A stretch of DNA of 60,064 bases from Chloroflexota bacterium (GCA_043803245.1 JAZDKE010000011.1:1-60064), one strand, 5' to 3'. Shown: positions 17,610-28,499, numbered from the stretch's first letter. Numbers and translations are program-made. The notes: generated by a model from the sequence alone, not told the origin.

Positions 17610-17638
17610 ATTCTACGCCAGTTACCCGCTCTTGTCAA
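17610..17638 (-). promoter_or_regulatory. sigma70-type promoter TTGACA-17 nt-TAGAAT for cassette 2
   Basis: Minus strand: TTGACA (17633-17638), exact 17-nt spacer, TAGAAT (17610-17615). About 210 nt upstream of ATG 17394. Confidence 0.55.
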
Positions 17639-17675
17639 TAAACTTAAACCATCAAACGGGCGGGAAAACTTAAGC

Positions 17676-18290
17676 CTATTTCTCCGCCCGCTGGTCGCGC
17701 AGCCAGCGTTTCAGCTCGTCCAGGGCCGGGGGCGCGATATATATCACCTGAATATCACGGGCGAACTGCACCTGGTGCCCCTCGCGCATAATAAGGACAC
17801 CGGCCTCTTCGGGGCCAAGTGTCTCGTCAATGCGCCGCGCCAGGTGCCCGTCCCTCTTTTTGCTGACCCCGTTAAAAGCCTGCAGAACGGCGCTCAAGAC
17901 CGCTTCACTCTGCAGACCGATGCTCAGGCACCGGCTCCAGTCCATGAACTCGCCAAGCACCACCTCGTCCTCGATGGCCTCCAGGCTGGCACCCCGCTCC
18001 AGCCGCTCGCTGATAATGCCGGCGCTTTTAGGGTTGAGCTGCCCGGCTATTTTAGCGCCTTCATCGCCACCTTCGGCGACGAACTCGTGGTACAACTTTT
18101 TGACTGTGCCCAGTTTGAGTTCCAGCCCGGCAAGCTGCTCGCTTACCTGCGCCCAGTATTTTTCGAAACGCTCGGTATAGGCCTTCTCCGCCTCCGGCGA
18201 GGTATTGGCCAGGGGGACGAAATAGAGCTTCCTCGAACTGGCAAAATGGCTGGCCTGGGGCTTTTCGATTTTACCCAGTTCTTCCGGCAT
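17676..18290 (-). CDS. hypothetical protein (204 aa)
   Basis: Long ORF with genome-typical GC3-rich codons. No family recognised by eye. Confidence 0.55.
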   Translation of the reverse strand: MPEELGKIEKPQASHFASSRKLYFVPLANTSPEAEKAYTERFEKYWAQVSEQLAGLELKLGTVKKLYHEFVAEGGDEGAKIAGQLNPKSAGIISERLERGASLEAIEDEVVLGEFMDWSRCLSIGLQSEAVLSAVLQAFNGVSKKRDGHLARRIDETLGPEEAGVLIMREGHQVQFARDIQVIYIAPPALDELKRWLRDQRAEK

Positions 18291-18403
18291 AGCGAAGCGC
18301 CTCCCTCACGGTAATAAAGCTGGCGGCTACCGAGGCGATGACGGGAAACGGCTGACCCGCCCGGCGGAGCCAATTATTATTATAGAATAGCCCGTAGTAA
18401 GTG

Positions 18404-18433
18404 TTGACAGCAAGTCTTTGAGTATGGTACACT
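18404..18433 (+). promoter_or_regulatory. putative promoter of str operon (TTGACA-18 nt-TACACT with TGn)
   Basis: TTGACA 18404-18409; TGG-TACACT 18425-18433. About 110 nt upstream of rpsL. Confidence 0.35.
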
Positions 18434-18544
18434 TCCAAATTGCGTTCTTCCGCTATAGGCCAGACGGTTAGTTGTTGACTATGGCTGCGAATGGATGAGC
18501 CCAAGCTCATCCATTTACATTGTGAGGGACAAAAGGAGCCAGTT

Positions 18545-18976
18545 TTGCCGACGATTAACCAGTTGGTACGCAAGGGGCGTAAGCCGATGACCAAGAAGGT
18601 CAAGGCGCCGGCGCTGCGCGTAACCTTCAACGCCCTGAAAAACCGCACCAGCGAGGGGCGGGGTTCCCCCCAGAAGCGGGGAGTCTGTCTCCAGGTAAAG
18701 ACGACCACGCCCAAGAAACCGAACTCGGCGCTGCGCAAAATCGCCCGCGTCCGGTTGACCAACGGTATGGAAGTGACCGCCTATATCCCCGGGGAAGGAC
18801 ACGAGCTCCAGGAACACTCGGTAGTGTTGATTCGCGGCGGCCGGGTTAAGGACCTGCCCGGCGTGCGCTACCACATTATCCGGGGTGCCCTGGACGCAAG
18901 CGGCGTGCAGAACCGCAAGCAGGGCCGCAGCAAGTACGGCGCCAAAAGACCAAAGGCAACCGGGGTGACGGCGTAA
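18545..18976 (+). CDS. rpsL: 30S ribosomal protein S12
   Basis: TTG 18545 lies 7 nt after [19 protein letters not shown]..., [10 protein letters not shown]. The ORF-track start 18491 is an upstream extension. Confidence 0.95.
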   Translation: MPTINQLVRKGRKPMTKKVKAPALRVTFNALKNRTSEGRGSPQKRGVCLQVKTTTPKKPNSALRKIARVRLTNGMEVTAYIPGEGHELQEHSVVLIRGGRVKDLPGVRYHIIRGALDASGVQNRKQGRSKYGAKRPKATGVTA

Positions 18977-19030
18977 TCCGGCACGGGAGCCACGCTATTT
19001 TCTACCTTTCTGTAAATCCAAGGAGGGAAA

Positions 19031-19501
19031 ATGCCAAGACGGGCACGGATAAATAAGCGGCGGACGCTGCCTGACGCCAAATATAACAGCCCGCTCGTGG
19101 CGGTAATGATTAACCGGCTTATGATGCGGGGGCAGAAGAATACCGCGGAAGGTATCATCTACGGTGCCCTCGGCATCCTGGAGCAGCAGGAACACAAGTC
19201 CGGCCTTTCGGTTTTAGAGCAGGCGCTCAAAAACGCCACGCCCCTGCTCCAGGTAAAACCCCGCCGGGTAGGCGGCGCGACCTATCAGGTGCCGGTGGAA
19301 GTGCCCCCGGTACGCGGCCTTTCTCTGGCGATGCGCTGGATTTTACAGGCAAGCCGGAGCCGGAAAGGCAAGAGCATGGCCGAGAAGCTGGCCTCCGAGC
19401 TAGCGGAGGCCTCCAAGGGGACCGGGACGACGATAAAGAAACGAGAGGATACCCACAAGATGGCCGAGGCCAACCGGGCCTTCGCCCACTATCGGTGGTA
19501 A
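19031..19501 (+). CDS. rpsG: 30S ribosomal protein S7
   Basis: MPRRARINKRRTLPDAKYNS...; AGGAGGG SD; follows rpsL. Confidence 0.95.
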   Translation: MPRRARINKRRTLPDAKYNSPLVAVMINRLMMRGQKNTAEGIIYGALGILEQQEHKSGLSVLEQALKNATPLLQVKPRRVGGATYQVPVEVPPVRGLSLAMRWILQASRSRKGKSMAEKLASELAEASKGTGTTIKKREDTHKMAEANRAFAHYRW

Positions 19502-19527
19502 TAATAAGAGGTTAAATTAGCAGTAAC

Positions 19528-21657
19528 ATGGCAAAAAGTCCGTTAGAAGTAAAACCTAAAGCCGGGGACACGACGGTGCCCAGAAGTTATCCTTTAGATA
19601 AAATCAGGAATATCGCCATCATCGCCCACATTGACGCCGGTAAGACTACGGTCACCGAACGGATACTGTACTACACCGGGCGCACCTACAAGATGGGCGA
19701 AGTGCACGAGGGCACCGCGGTGATGGACTGGATGGAACAGGAAAAAGCGCGTGGCATCACCATCACCGCCGCGGCCACCAGCTGCTACTGGCAGCAGCAG
19801 CGCATCAATATCATTGACACCCCGGGACACATCGATTTCACCGCCGAGGTTGAACGGTGCCTGCGGGTACTGGACGGCGGGGTGGTGGTCTTCGATGCCG
19901 TAAGCGGCGTGGAAGCCCAGTCGGAAGCGGTGTGGCGGCAGGCCGACCGCTATCACGTGCCCCGCATCTGCTTCATCAACAAGATGGACCGGGTGGGCGC
20001 CAACTTCCACTGGAGCGTCGCCATGATTAAAAAGCGGCTGGACGCCAACCCCATCCCCATCCATCTGCCACTGGGTAACGAGACTGAATATTACGGCCTG
20101 GTTGACCTGGTGGAGAACCGGGCATGGCGCTTTGCCGACGAGGCCGACGTACCCCCGGCGGAAATCCCTATCCCGGAAGACGCGCGGGCTGCCTGCGCCG
20201 AGTACCGCCAGTCACTGGTGGAAAAAGTTGCCGAATTTGATGACGAAGTCCTGCTCACCTACCTTGACGGCAAGGAAGTCAGCGCCGCTGACTTAAAACG
20301 GGTTATCAGGAGCGCCACCATCGCCAATAAAGTCGTGCCGGTGCTCTGCGGCTCCGCCCTGCGCAATAAAGGCGTTCATACCCTGCTTGACGCCGTGGTT
20401 GACTATCTGCCTTCCCCGCTGGACGTCCCGCCGTTAAAGGCGACCGATGCCCGCCATGACACCGAAATCACTCTCCCCCCGAGCGATGAAGCGCCATTTG
20501 CCGCCCTGGCTTTCAAAGTGGTCACCGACCCCTTCGTAGGCCGGCTGGTCTACCTGAGGGTGTATTCGGGGCATATCAAGGCCGGCGCCGAGGTCTATAA
20601 CGCCAGTCGAAGCAAGCGCGAGCGCATCGGCCGGCTGCTTTTGATGCACGCCAACCACCGCGAGGACATCCAGGAGACGGATACCGGCGCCATCGTCGCC
20701 AGCCTGGGCCTGAAAAACACCTTTACCGGTGATACCCTCAGCACCACGGCACAGCCACTGCTTCTGGAATCGATTAATTTCCCTGACCCGGTGCTCGCCA
20801 TCGCGGTCGAGCCCAAGACCAGGGCCGACCAGGACCGCATCGGCGAAGCTTTGCAGAAGCTGACCGAAGAAGACCCCACCTTTAAGGTAAATTATAATAA
20901 GGAAACCGGACAGACCATCATCTCCGGTATGGGGGAGCTGCACCTGGATGTCATCGTCAGCCGGCTGGTGAGCGAATTCAGCGTCCAGGCGAATATCGGC
21001 AACCCGAGGGTCGCCTACAAGGAGACCATCACCGCCAAGGTGGAAGCCGAAGGCCGCTTTGTCCAGCAGACCGGCGGCCACGGCCAGTTCGGGCGTGTCT
21101 GGATTGTAATTGAGCCCGGGGAAAAAGGCAGCGGTTTTGAGTTCGTTGACCGCATCAAGGGCGCGACCATACCCAGGCAATTTATCCCGCCGGTAGCCGC
21201 AGGCATCAGAGAGGCGATGGAGACCGGCGTGGTGGCGGGCTATCCGGTGGTTGATGTCAAAGCGACCCTTTTCGACGGCAGCTACCACGATGTGGACTCT
21301 TCGGAGCTCGCTTTCAAAATGGCGGGGGTGCTGGCGTTCAAAGCGGGTATGGCTAAAGCCTGCCCCATTCTACTGGAGCCAATCATGAAGCTTTCCGTAA
21401 TCGCCCCCCACGAATTTATGGGGGATATCATCGGCGACTTAAACTCCCGGCGAGGCCGTATCGAACTCATCGAGACCCAGGGGGAAATCTGCTCCATCCA
21501 TGCCCTGGTCCCCCTGTCGGAGAGCTTCGGCTACACCACCGGCCTGCGCTCACTGACACAGGGCCGGGCCACCCACTCGATGCAGTTCTACCAGTACCAG
21601 GAGTTGCCGGCGGCGCTGGCCACAGAGATTAAAACGGCAGGTAAAACCCATGCCTAA
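19528..21657 (+). CDS. fusA: elongation factor G
   Basis: GTPase motifs [21 protein letters not shown]. 709 aa. A possible later GTG start at 19576 is not excluded. Confidence 0.95.
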   Translation: MAKSPLEVKPKAGDTTVPRSYPLDKIRNIAIIAHIDAGKTTVTERILYYTGRTYKMGEVHEGTAVMDWMEQEKARGITITAAATSCYWQQQRINIIDTPGHIDFTAEVERCLRVLDGGVVVFDAVSGVEAQSEAVWRQADRYHVPRICFINKMDRVGANFHWSVAMIKKRLDANPIPIHLPLGNETEYYGLVDLVENRAWRFADEADVPPAEIPIPEDARAACAEYRQSLVEKVAEFDDEVLLTYLDGKEVSAADLKRVIRSATIANKVVPVLCGSALRNKGVHTLLDAVVDYLPSPLDVPPLKATDARHDTEITLPPSDEAPFAALAFKVVTDPFVGRLVYLRVYSGHIKAGAEVYNASRSKRERIGRLLLMHANHREDIQETDTGAIVASLGLKNTFTGDTLSTTAQPLLLESINFPDPVLAIAVEPKTRADQDRIGEALQKLTEEDPTFKVNYNKETGQTIISGMGELHLDVIVSRLVSEFSVQANIGNPRVAYKETITAKVEAEGRFVQQTGGHGQFGRVWIVIEPGEKGSGFEFVDRIKGATIPRQFIPPVAAGIREAMETGVVAGYPVVDVKATLFDGSYHDVDSSELAFKMAGVLAFKAGMAKACPILLEPIMKLSVIAPHEFMGDIIGDLNSRRGRIELIETQGEICSIHALVPLSESFGYTTGLRSLTQGRATHSMQFYQYQELPAALATEIKTAGKTHA

Positions 21658-21958
21658 GCAGAGGATTCGCATCCGCTTGAAGAGCTATGACCACAGGATA
21701 CTTGACCAGGCCGCGGTACAGATTGCCGAGGCCCTGGAAGCTACCGGGGCGGTAATCAGCGGCCCGATACCGCTGCCGACCCGCATCCAGAGGTTCAGCG
21801 TCATCCGCTCGCCTTTCATCGACAAGGACTCTCAGGAGGCATTCGAGATACGTACCCACAAGCGGCTGATTGACATCATCGAGACCACGTCCAAGACGAT
21901 TGACTCCCTGACCAAGCTGAACCTGCCCTCAGGGGTCAACATTGATATCAAACTGTAG
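21650..21958 (+). CDS. rpsJ: 30S ribosomal protein S10
   Basis: [16 protein letters not shown] signature. ATG overlaps the fusA 3' end by 8 nt. Confidence 0.95.
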   Translation: MPKQRIRIRLKSYDHRILDQAAVQIAEALEATGAVISGPIPLPTRIQRFSVIRSPFIDKDSQEAFEIRTHKRLIDIIETTSKTIDSLTKLNLPSGVNIDIKL

Positions 21959-21960
21959 GA

Positions 21961-22596
21961 ATGGTAACACCGGCGATGATTAACGGACTGATAGGTAAAA
22001 AACTGGGGATGACCCAGGCATTTAGGGAAAACGGCAAGGTTGAGGCGCTTACGGTTATTGAGGCCGGCCCTTGCACGGTAACCCAGCTTAAACAACCGGA
22101 CAAGGAAGGCTATCAGGCTGCCCAGCTTGGCTTTGGCGAATCGAAGCGCTTGAACTCTCCCCAGCGCGGACACTTAAAAAAACTGGGACAGTTCAAATAC
22201 CTGCGGGAGTTCCGGGTGAATGACACCAAAGGTCTCGAAGTCGGCCAGAAGCTGGACGTGAGCCTGTTCCAGGCCGGTGACCGGGTCAACGTCATCGGCT
22301 GGTCCAAGGGCAGGGGCTTCGCCGGGGTGGTCAAGCGCCACGGTTTCGCCGGCGGCCCCAAGACCCACGGGCAGTCAGACCGTCACCGCGCCCCGGGCGC
22401 AATCGGCGCCACCACCTCTCCCGGCAGAGTCTTCAAAGGAATGCGCATGGCGGGGCATATGGGCGACGCGCGGGTCACGGTGCTAAACCTTGAGGTAATC
22501 AAGACTGAACCCGACCATAACCGCCTGCTGGTCAAGGGCGCGGTGCCCGGAGCCAGGGGGGGACTGCTGATTATCAGTAAATCAGGGGGAAAATAG
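21961..22596 (+). CDS. rplC: 50S ribosomal protein L3
   Basis: [12 protein letters not shown]-terminal motif; operon position. Confidence 0.95.
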   Translation: MVTPAMINGLIGKKLGMTQAFRENGKVEALTVIEAGPCTVTQLKQPDKEGYQAAQLGFGESKRLNSPQRGHLKKLGQFKYLREFRVNDTKGLEVGQKLDVSLFQAGDRVNVIGWSKGRGFAGVVKRHGFAGGPKTHGQSDRHRAPGAIGATTSPGRVFKGMRMAGHMGDARVTVLNLEVIKTEPDHNRLLVKGAVPGARGGLLIISKSGGK

Positions 22597-22598
22597 GC

Positions 22599-23252
22599 GT
22601 GGAAGTCCCGGTTTATAACCTTTCGGGCGAAGTGGTGAAGAATATCGACATCAGCGATGATGTCTTCGCCGTGCCTTTCAACGAAGCGGTGGTACACCAG
22701 GCAATGGTGCGGCAGCAGGCCAACGAGCGTCAGGGCACGGCCAGCGCCAAGACGAGGTCCGAGGTCAGCGGCAGCACCCGCAAGCTTTTCCGCCAGAAGC
22801 ATACCGGCAACGCCCGGGCGGGCAGCATCAAATCGCCACTGAGACGCGGCGGCGGCATCGTCTTCGCGCCGAAACCCCGAGACTACCGGCAGGCGATGCC
22901 GAAAAAGATGCGCCGCCTGGCCTTAAGGTGCCTCCTCTCGGCCAAAGCCAGGGACGGAGACCTGAAGGTGCTTGAGTCACTGGCGCTTGAGACGTCCAAG
23001 ACCCGTGATATTCTGGGAATCCTGAGCACCCTGGGGGTGGGGACTTCCGCCATCATCGCCACCAGCGGGGTTGAGGAAAATCTGGTAAAGTCCGCCCGTA
23101 ACATACCGGGCATCAAGACGATGCCGGTCCATATACTCAACACGCTTGATATGTTAAAATACCGGGAGTTGCTCATCACCGAGGAAGCGTTGCGCCGTAC
23201 CGAGCAACTGTGGGGACAGAGACGAGCGGGGGGCAACGATGCACACGTATGA
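22599..23252 (+). CDS. rplD: 50S ribosomal protein L4
   Basis: GTG start. QANERQGTASAKTRSEVSGSTRKLFRQKHTGNAR is an L4 motif. Confidence 0.93.
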   Translation: MEVPVYNLSGEVVKNIDISDDVFAVPFNEAVVHQAMVRQQANERQGTASAKTRSEVSGSTRKLFRQKHTGNARAGSIKSPLRRGGGIVFAPKPRDYRQAMPKKMRRLALRCLLSAKARDGDLKVLESLALETSKTRDILGILSTLGVGTSAIIATSGVEENLVKSARNIPGIKTMPVHILNTLDMLKYRELLITEEALRRTEQLWGQRRAGGNDAHV

Positions 23253-23523
23253 GGTCCTGCGCCGCCCGGTACTGACCGAAAAGAGCACCGCACTTGGGGA
23301 AACCGGTAAATACGTTTTCGAAGTCGCCAGGGGCAGCACCAAACCCCAGATAGCCAAGGCGGTGGAGAAAGCTTTTAAGGTCAAGGTAACCGGAGTGAAC
23401 GTGATGACGGTGGCCGGTAAAAGCCGCCGGATGGGCAGAAGAATCGTTCAACGGCCCAAGTGGCGGAAAGCCGTGGTCACCTTAAAAGCGGGTGATAAAA
23501 TCGCGTTCTTCGAGGGAGTTTAA
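23239..23523 (+). CDS. rplW: 50S ribosomal protein L23
   Basis: VLRRPVLTEKS...KYVFEV motif; operon order. Confidence 0.93.
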   Translation: MHTYEVLRRPVLTEKSTALGETGKYVFEVARGSTKPQIAKAVEKAFKVKVTGVNVMTVAGKSRRMGRRIVQRPKWRKAVVTLKAGDKIAFFEGV

Positions 23524-23526
23524 GCC

Positions 23527-24354
23527 GTGGCACTGAAAGTCTACCGTCCAACTTCCCCTGGCCGAAGGGGTATGACCGGGGCGGATTTCAAAGAAATAAC
23601 CAAAACCAGGCCGGAAAAATCGCTGGTCCGGTCGCGGCCGCAGAAGTCGGGACGCAACAACCAGGGTAGGATTACCGTCCGTCACCGCGGCGGCGGCGCC
23701 AAGCGAAATACCCGCATCATCGATTTCAAGCGGGATAAAATCAGCGTGCCGGGACGGGTGGCCGCCATCGAATACGACCCCAACCGCTCCGCCCGGATTG
23801 CGCTGATTTTCTACGCCGACGGTGAAAAGCGCTATATCCTGGCACCGCTGGGGGTTGAGGTGGGACAGACCGTGGTATCGGCGGAAAACCCCGAAATCAA
23901 ACCGGGTAATGCCCTGCCTATGAAGGCCATTCCCACCGGCACCATGATACATAATATTGAATTGCAAAAGGGCAAAGGCGGCCAGATGGTGCGCAGCGCC
24001 GGGGCCAGCGCCCAGCTTATGAGCAAAGAAGGCGGCTTCGCCCTGGTGCGGCTGCCCTCGGGTGAGATGCGGCGCGTCAACCTCGAGTGTATGGCCACCA
24101 TCGGGCAAATGGGTAACGTTGAGCACCAGAACATCAACCTGGGCAAAGCGGGCCGCAAGCGCTGGATGGGTATCAGGCCGACCGTGAGAGGTTCCGCCAT
24201 GACGCCGCGTGACCATCCGCACGGTGGTGGTGAAGGCAAGTCGCCGATTGGCATGCCCGGGCCGAAGACGCCCTGGGGCAAGCCGGCCCTGGGCTACAGG
24301 ACCCGCAAGCGCAAACCATCGGATAAAATGATTGTCAAGCGAAGAGGCAAATAA
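23527..24354 (+). CDS. rplB: 50S ribosomal protein L2
   Basis: GTG start. RHRGGGAKR and [10 protein letters not shown] motifs. Confidence 0.95.
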   Translation: MALKVYRPTSPGRRGMTGADFKEITKTRPEKSLVRSRPQKSGRNNQGRITVRHRGGGAKRNTRIIDFKRDKISVPGRVAAIEYDPNRSARIALIFYADGEKRYILAPLGVEVGQTVVSAENPEIKPGNALPMKAIPTGTMIHNIELQKGKGGQMVRSAGASAQLMSKEGGFALVRLPSGEMRRVNLECMATIGQMGNVEHQNINLGKAGRKRWMGIRPTVRGSAMTPRDHPHGGGEGKSPIGMPGPKTPWGKPALGYRTRKRKPSDKMIVKRRGK

Positions 24355-24650
24355 TGTCAAGGTCAACCAAAAAGGGACCGGCCACTAGCCCGAAACTGAT
24401 GAAGAAAGTCGATGCCCTGATACGCTCGGGGCAGAAGGCCATCATCAAGACCTGGGCACGCGCCTCCACGATTACGCCCCAGATGTTGGGGCTGACGATT
24501 GGCGTGCATGATGGCCGCCGGCACGTGGCGGTCTTTATCACCGAAAATATGGTGGGCCACAAGCTGGGCGAGTTTGCCCCCACGCGGACTTTCCGCGGGC
24601 ATACCTCAAGAGCCGAAAGAGCCGCCCCGGTAAAGAAGGGGCCGGAATAA
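24354..24650 (+). CDS. rpsS: 30S ribosomal protein S19
   Basis: MSRSTKKGP...[16 protein letters not shown]. Confidence 0.95.
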   Translation: MSRSTKKGPATSPKLMKKVDALIRSGQKAIIKTWARASTITPQMLGLTIGVHDGRRHVAVFITENMVGHKLGEFAPTRTFRGHTSRAERAAPVKKGPE

Positions 24651-24657
24651 TTATCAA

Positions 24658-24996
24658 ATGCAAGTAAAATCGGTTTTCAAAAATACCGGCATTTCACCGC
24701 GGAAAGTGCGCCTCGTGGTTGATATGGTGCGGGGCAAGATGGTGAAGGAGGCACTCGACATCCTCAAGTTCACCCCGACGCCCTCGGCCGTAGTGGTGGC
24801 CAAGGCGGTGAAATCAGCCGCGGCCAACGCGGAAAACAACTATCAGCTTTTGGCCGCGGACCTTAAAATCGTGCGTATCACCGCCGATGCGGCCCCTTTT
24901 TTGAAGCGACACCGCGCCCGCTCCCGTGGGCGGGTCAGCCCGATACTCAAGCGTTCGAGCCATATTACGGTTATCGTTGATGAGCTGGAGGCCTGA
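24658..24996 (+). CDS. rplV: 50S ribosomal protein L22
   Basis: [16 protein letters not shown] motif; operon order. Confidence 0.93.
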   Translation: MQVKSVFKNTGISPRKVRLVVDMVRGKMVKEALDILKFTPTPSAVVVAKAVKSAAANAENNYQLLAADLKIVRITADAAPFLKRHRARSRGRVSPILKRSSHITVIVDELEA

Positions 24997-26132
24997 TGGG
25001 ACGCAAAGTTAACCCGGTAGTTTTTAGAATCGGGATCACCACCGACTGGCAGTCGAGATGGTACGCCGATAAGAACTACGCGGAGTTTTTACGCGAGGAC
25101 ATAAAGCTGCGCAAAGCGATAAACGACAAGTATGCTGACGCCGGCATCGCCAGCATCGAAATCGAAAGGCAGGCCAACGAGGTTACCGTCACCATCCACA
25201 CTGCCCGGCCCGGCATCGTCATCGGACGCGGGGGACAGCGGGTTGACGAGATGAGGACCAATCTCGAGAAAATGATTGGCAAAAAGATACGTCTTAACAT
25301 CCGGGAAATACCGCAGCCGGAACTGAACGCTTTCCTGGTGGCCAAAGCCGTGGCTGACCAGTTAGCGCACCGCATCGCCCACCGCCGGGCAATGAAACAG
25401 GCCATGTTCCGCACGATGCAGGCCGGGGCCAAGGGAATCAGAATCCGCTGCGCTGGCCGCCTGGGTGGCGCCGAAATCGCCCGCCGGGAAGTTATGCACG
25501 AGGGACGGGTACCGCTGCAAACCATCCGCGCCGATATCGATTACGGCTTTACCGAAGCCCGCACCACCATGGGCCGCATCGGGGTCAAGGTCTGGCTCTA
25601 TAAGGGCGATATCCTTCCCGAGCGCGAAGAAACGGAAACCGAGGAAATGCCCGAGGTGGCAACGAGCGAAGCCCCGGAGATAATGACTACCGCGGAAACG
25701 ACCGGAAAACCGGTTGCGGCCGTTACGCCTACCGCAGCGGTTGAGGTGTTAACCGAGAAAGCCGAAGTTGCCGAAACTCCCAGGGCCGAGGCAGTCGAGC
25801 CGGCTACCAGGCCGAGTAAGGCCGCCCCCAAGGCAAAAGCGGCCGAGGCAGCCGAAGAGACACCCGCTAAACCGGTTAAGCATGCGGCCGCAAAAGCCGC
25901 CAAAGCCCACGAGGCCGAGGCAGCCGAAGAGACACCCGCTAAGCCAGTTAAACATACGGCCACAAAAACCGCCAAAGCCCACGAGGCCGAAGCAACCGAA
26001 GAGGCACCCGCTAAACCGCGTAAACACACGACTGCGAAAACCGTCGAAGTTAATGAGGCCGAGGCAAAGACCGCGAAAAGCCGGAGGAAGAACCCCCCGA
26101 CCGAAGAACCCGGCCGTGAACCAGAGGCATAA
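24996..26132 (+). CDS. rpsC: 30S ribosomal protein S3 with about 160-aa low-complexity C-terminal extension
   Basis: [14 protein letters not shown]..., [10 protein letters not shown] core in the first ~215 aa. An E/A/K/P/T-rich tail follows, containing three 24-aa repeats. Confidence 0.93.
   Translation: MGRKVNPVVFRIGITTDWQSRWYADKNYAEFLREDIKLRKAINDKYADAGIASIEIERQANEVTVTIHTARPGIVIGRGGQRVDEMRTNLEKMIGKKIRLNIREIPQPELNAFLVAKAVADQLAHRIAHRRAMKQAMFRTMQAGAKGIRIRCAGRLGGAEIARREVMHEGRVPLQTIRADIDYGFTEARTTMGRIGVKVWLYKGDILPEREETETEEMPEVATSEAPEIMTTAETTGKPVAAVTPTAAVEVLTEKAEVAETPRAEAVEPATRPSKAAPKAKAAEAAEETPAKPVKHAAAKAAKAHEAEAAEETPAKPVKHTATKTAKAHEAEATEEAPAKPRKHTTAKTVEVNEAEAKTAKSRRKNPPTEEPGREPEA
25842..26057 (+). 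repeat. three tandem 72-nt in-frame repeats inside the rpsC 3' extension
   Basis: Units start at 25842, 25914 and 25986 (GCCGAGGCAGCCGAAGAGACACCCGCTAA...), with a partial fourth at 26058. Each encodes [24 protein letters not shown]-like units. Confidence 0.85.
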
Positions 26133-26134
26133 TA

Positions 26135-26557
26135 ATGTTACAACCGAAACGGGTAAAACACCGCAAAGTTCATAAAGGGAACCGAAAAGGCGTCGCCGTG
26201 GCCGGCAGCACCATAAATTTCGGTGATTACGCCCTCCAGGCGATAAGCGGAGCCTGGGTTACGGCGCGGCAGATAGAAGCCGCCCGACGCTCTATGACGC
26301 GGTATATGCGCCGCGGCGGTAAGGTCTGGATACGCATTTTCCCCGATAAGCCCGTGACCTCAAAACCAGCCGAGACGCGAATGGGCGGCGGCAAGGGTGC
26401 CCCCGACCACTGGGTAGCCGTGGTCAGGCGCGGACGGGTTATGTTCGAGCTGGGCGGTGTCACCGAACCAGTCGCCAAGGAAGCGATGCGGCTGGCAGCC
26501 CACAAGCTGCCGCTGGAGACCAGATTTATTGTCCGGGGAGCCGAGGGGGGAAGTTAG
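26135..26557 (+). CDS. rplP: 50S ribosomal protein L16
   Basis: [16 protein letters not shown]-terminus. Confidence 0.95.
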   Translation: MLQPKRVKHRKVHKGNRKGVAVAGSTINFGDYALQAISGAWVTARQIEAARRSMTRYMRRGGKVWIRIFPDKPVTSKPAETRMGGGKGAPDHWVAVVRRGRVMFELGGVTEPVAKEAMRLAAHKLPLETRFIVRGAEGGS

Positions 26558-26767
26558 TTGAAGCTCGAAGAAATCAGGGCACTGGGTCAGGCCGAACTGA
26601 AAAAGCAACTTGAGGAAGCCCACCAGGAGCTGTTCAACCTGCGGTTCCGGCTGGCCACCAAACAGCTGGTGAACCACCGGGAGCTTCCCCGTGTTAGAAA
26701 GAAGATTGCCCGGTTCGAGACCATCGCCCGGGAAAAGGAACTGGCCGAAGTCGAGGAAAAGGCATGA
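26558..26767 (+). CDS. rpmC: 50S ribosomal protein L29
   Basis: TTG start immediately after the rplP stop. [14 protein letters not shown] motif. Confidence 0.9.
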   Translation: MKLEEIRALGQAELKKQLEEAHQELFNLRFRLATKQLVNHRELPRVRKKIARFETIAREKELAEVEEKA

Positions 26768-27066
26768 CGGAAAAGATTAAAAGCCGGATTGGCCGCGTGG
26801 TGAGCGACCGGATGGACAAGACGGTGGTGGTTGCGGTTGAAACGCCCAAGCACCACCCGCTCTACAAAAAGACCATCAGACGTACCACTAAATATAAAGC
26901 ACACGATGAAAAGAACGAGGCCCGCATGGCCGATTTGGTACGGATTGTCGAAACCCGCCCGCTATCAAAAGACAAACGGTGGCGGGTGGCCGAGATTATC
27001 AAAAAGGGCGAAGTGGTCGAGGTAAGCCCTGAGGAAATCGAGAAGGCGGAAGTCGAGAGCAAATGA
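26764..27066 (+). CDS. rpsQ: 30S ribosomal protein S17
   Basis: [17 protein letters not shown]...HPLYKK motif. Confidence 0.93.
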   Translation: MTEKIKSRIGRVVSDRMDKTVVVAVETPKHHPLYKKTIRRTTKYKAHDEKNEARMADLVRIVETRPLSKDKRWRVAEIIKKGEVVEVSPEEIEKAEVESK

Positions 27067-27431
27067 TACAGAACTACACCAGGCTCAAAGCGGCCGACAA
27101 CACCGGCGCCCGGTCACTGATGTGCATCGGCATTCCCGGCGGCACCGGCAGAAAATACGGCCGGCTGGGTGATATCATCGTCGCCTCGGTGAAGAAGGCC
27201 ATTCCCAACGCCTCGGTGAAAAAGGGGGACGTGGTGCGGGCGGTCATCGTGCGCTCCATCAAGCCTTACCGGCGGCCGGACGGCTCCTACATCAGGTTTG
27301 ACGAGAACGCCGCCGTGATTTTAACCGACAAGAACAACCCGAAAGGCACCCGCATCTTCGGCCCGGTAGCCCGGGAACTGCGCGAAAAGAACTTCACCAA
27401 GATACTGTCCTTAGCACCTGAGGTCCTGTGA
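27063..27431 (+). CDS. rplN: 50S ribosomal protein L14
   Basis: [17 protein letters not shown]-terminus. Confidence 0.95.
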   Translation: MIQNYTRLKAADNTGARSLMCIGIPGGTGRKYGRLGDIIVASVKKAIPNASVKKGDVVRAVIVRSIKPYRRPDGSYIRFDENAAVILTDKNNPKGTRIFGPVARELREKNFTKILSLAPEVL

Positions 27432-27441
27432 GCGGAAAACG

Positions 27442-27753
27442 ATGAGAATCAGAAAGAACGATAACGTCCTGGTCATCAAGGGTAAGGACCGGGGCAAGAC
27501 GGGCAAAGTCCGCTTTGCCCACCCCGATAAAAAGACCCTGCTGGTGGAAGGCATCAACCTGATTAAGAAACACGCCCGGGCGGTGGGTAATGTCCGTCAG
27601 GCAGGCATCATCGAGCGGGAAGCTCCGGTGCCGCTGGCCAATGTTATGCTGCTCTGCGGCCGGTGCAACAAGCCCGCCCGCGTCGGTTTCCGTTTCTTAG
27701 ACGACGGACGCAAGGTGCGCTTCTGCCGCGCCTGTGGTGAGGTGATTGACTAG
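27442..27753 (+). CDS. rplX: 50S ribosomal protein L24
   Basis: KNDNVLVIKGKDRGKTGKV KOW motif. Confidence 0.93.
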   Translation: MRIRKNDNVLVIKGKDRGKTGKVRFAHPDKKTLLVEGINLIKKHARAVGNVRQAGIIEREAPVPLANVMLLCGRCNKPARVGFRFLDDGRKVRFCRACGEVID

Positions 27754-28302
27754 ATGGTAACCCTCAAAGAAAAGTACCGCCGCGAAGTCGTACCCGCCCT
27801 CCAGGCGAGTCTCGGCTATGAAAACGTGATGCGTGTTCCCCGCCTGGCAAAAGTGGTGCTCAATATCGGCCTGGGCGAGGCCATCCAGAACTCCAAAGCC
27901 ATGGAGTCCGCCGAGGAAGACATCACCGCCATCGCCGGGCAGCACCCGGTCATCACCCGCGCCAAGAAGTCAATCGCCGCCTTCAAACTGCGCGAGGGGA
28001 TGCCGGTGGGCATTATGGTCACTCTGCGCGGCGAGAGGATGTACAACTTCCTCGATAAGCTGATAAACATGGTTCTGCCCAGGGTCCGCGAGTTCTCCGG
28101 TGTCCCCCGCACTGCCTTTGACGGGCGGGGCAATTACACGCTGGGCATCAAGGAGCAGACCATCTTTCCGGAAATCGGTTACGAAGATGTGGACAAGGTG
28201 AGAGGCCTTGAGGTCTGCATCGTGACCACCGCCAAAACCGATGATGAAGCGAGAAAACTATTGGAACTTTTGGGCATGCCCTTTGCCCACGACGGAGATT
28301 AG
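27754..28302 (+). CDS. rplE: 50S ribosomal protein L5
   Basis: [13 protein letters not shown]...[16 protein letters not shown]. Confidence 0.95.
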   Translation: MVTLKEKYRREVVPALQASLGYENVMRVPRLAKVVLNIGLGEAIQNSKAMESAEEDITAIAGQHPVITRAKKSIAAFKLREGMPVGIMVTLRGERMYNFLDKLINMVLPRVREFSGVPRTAFDGRGNYTLGIKEQTIFPEIGYEDVDKVRGLEVCIVTTAKTDDEARKLLELLGMPFAHDGD

Positions 28303-28305
28303 CCA

Positions 28306-28491
28306 GTGGCCAAGAAATCAATGATTATCAAGTCCCAGCGCCCGCCGAAGCACCCGGTGCAGCAGCACCACCGCTGTTCCCAGTGCGGCCGGCCCCGGGC
28401 CTATATCCGGCATTTCTCCCTGTGCCGCATCTGTTTCCGTAAAATGGCTTCGTCCGGCCTAATTCCTGGCGTAAGAAAAGCAAGCTGGTAG
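28306..28491 (+). CDS. rpsN: 30S ribosomal protein S14 type Z (zinc-binding)
   Basis: 61 aa, GTG start, CSQCGRP...CRICFR motif, ends KASW. Confidence 0.93.
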   Translation: MAKKSMIIKSQRPPKHPVQQHHRCSQCGRPRAYIRHFSLCRICFRKMASSGLIPGVRKASW

Positions 28492-28499
28492 GTAGTAAA

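Noticed and set aside
17505-18314. 269-aa + strand ORF
   Set aside because: It is antisense to 17676..18290, which has better codon bias. Its 5' part runs through the promoter/leader region of cassette 2.
25842-26057. Tandem repeats as a possible CRISPR or minisatellite
   Set aside because: The 72-nt units are contiguous with no spacers. They are in frame and lie inside the rpsC reading frame, so they are coding repeats, not a CRISPR array. No CRISPR-like repeat/spacer structure was seen anywhere in the window.
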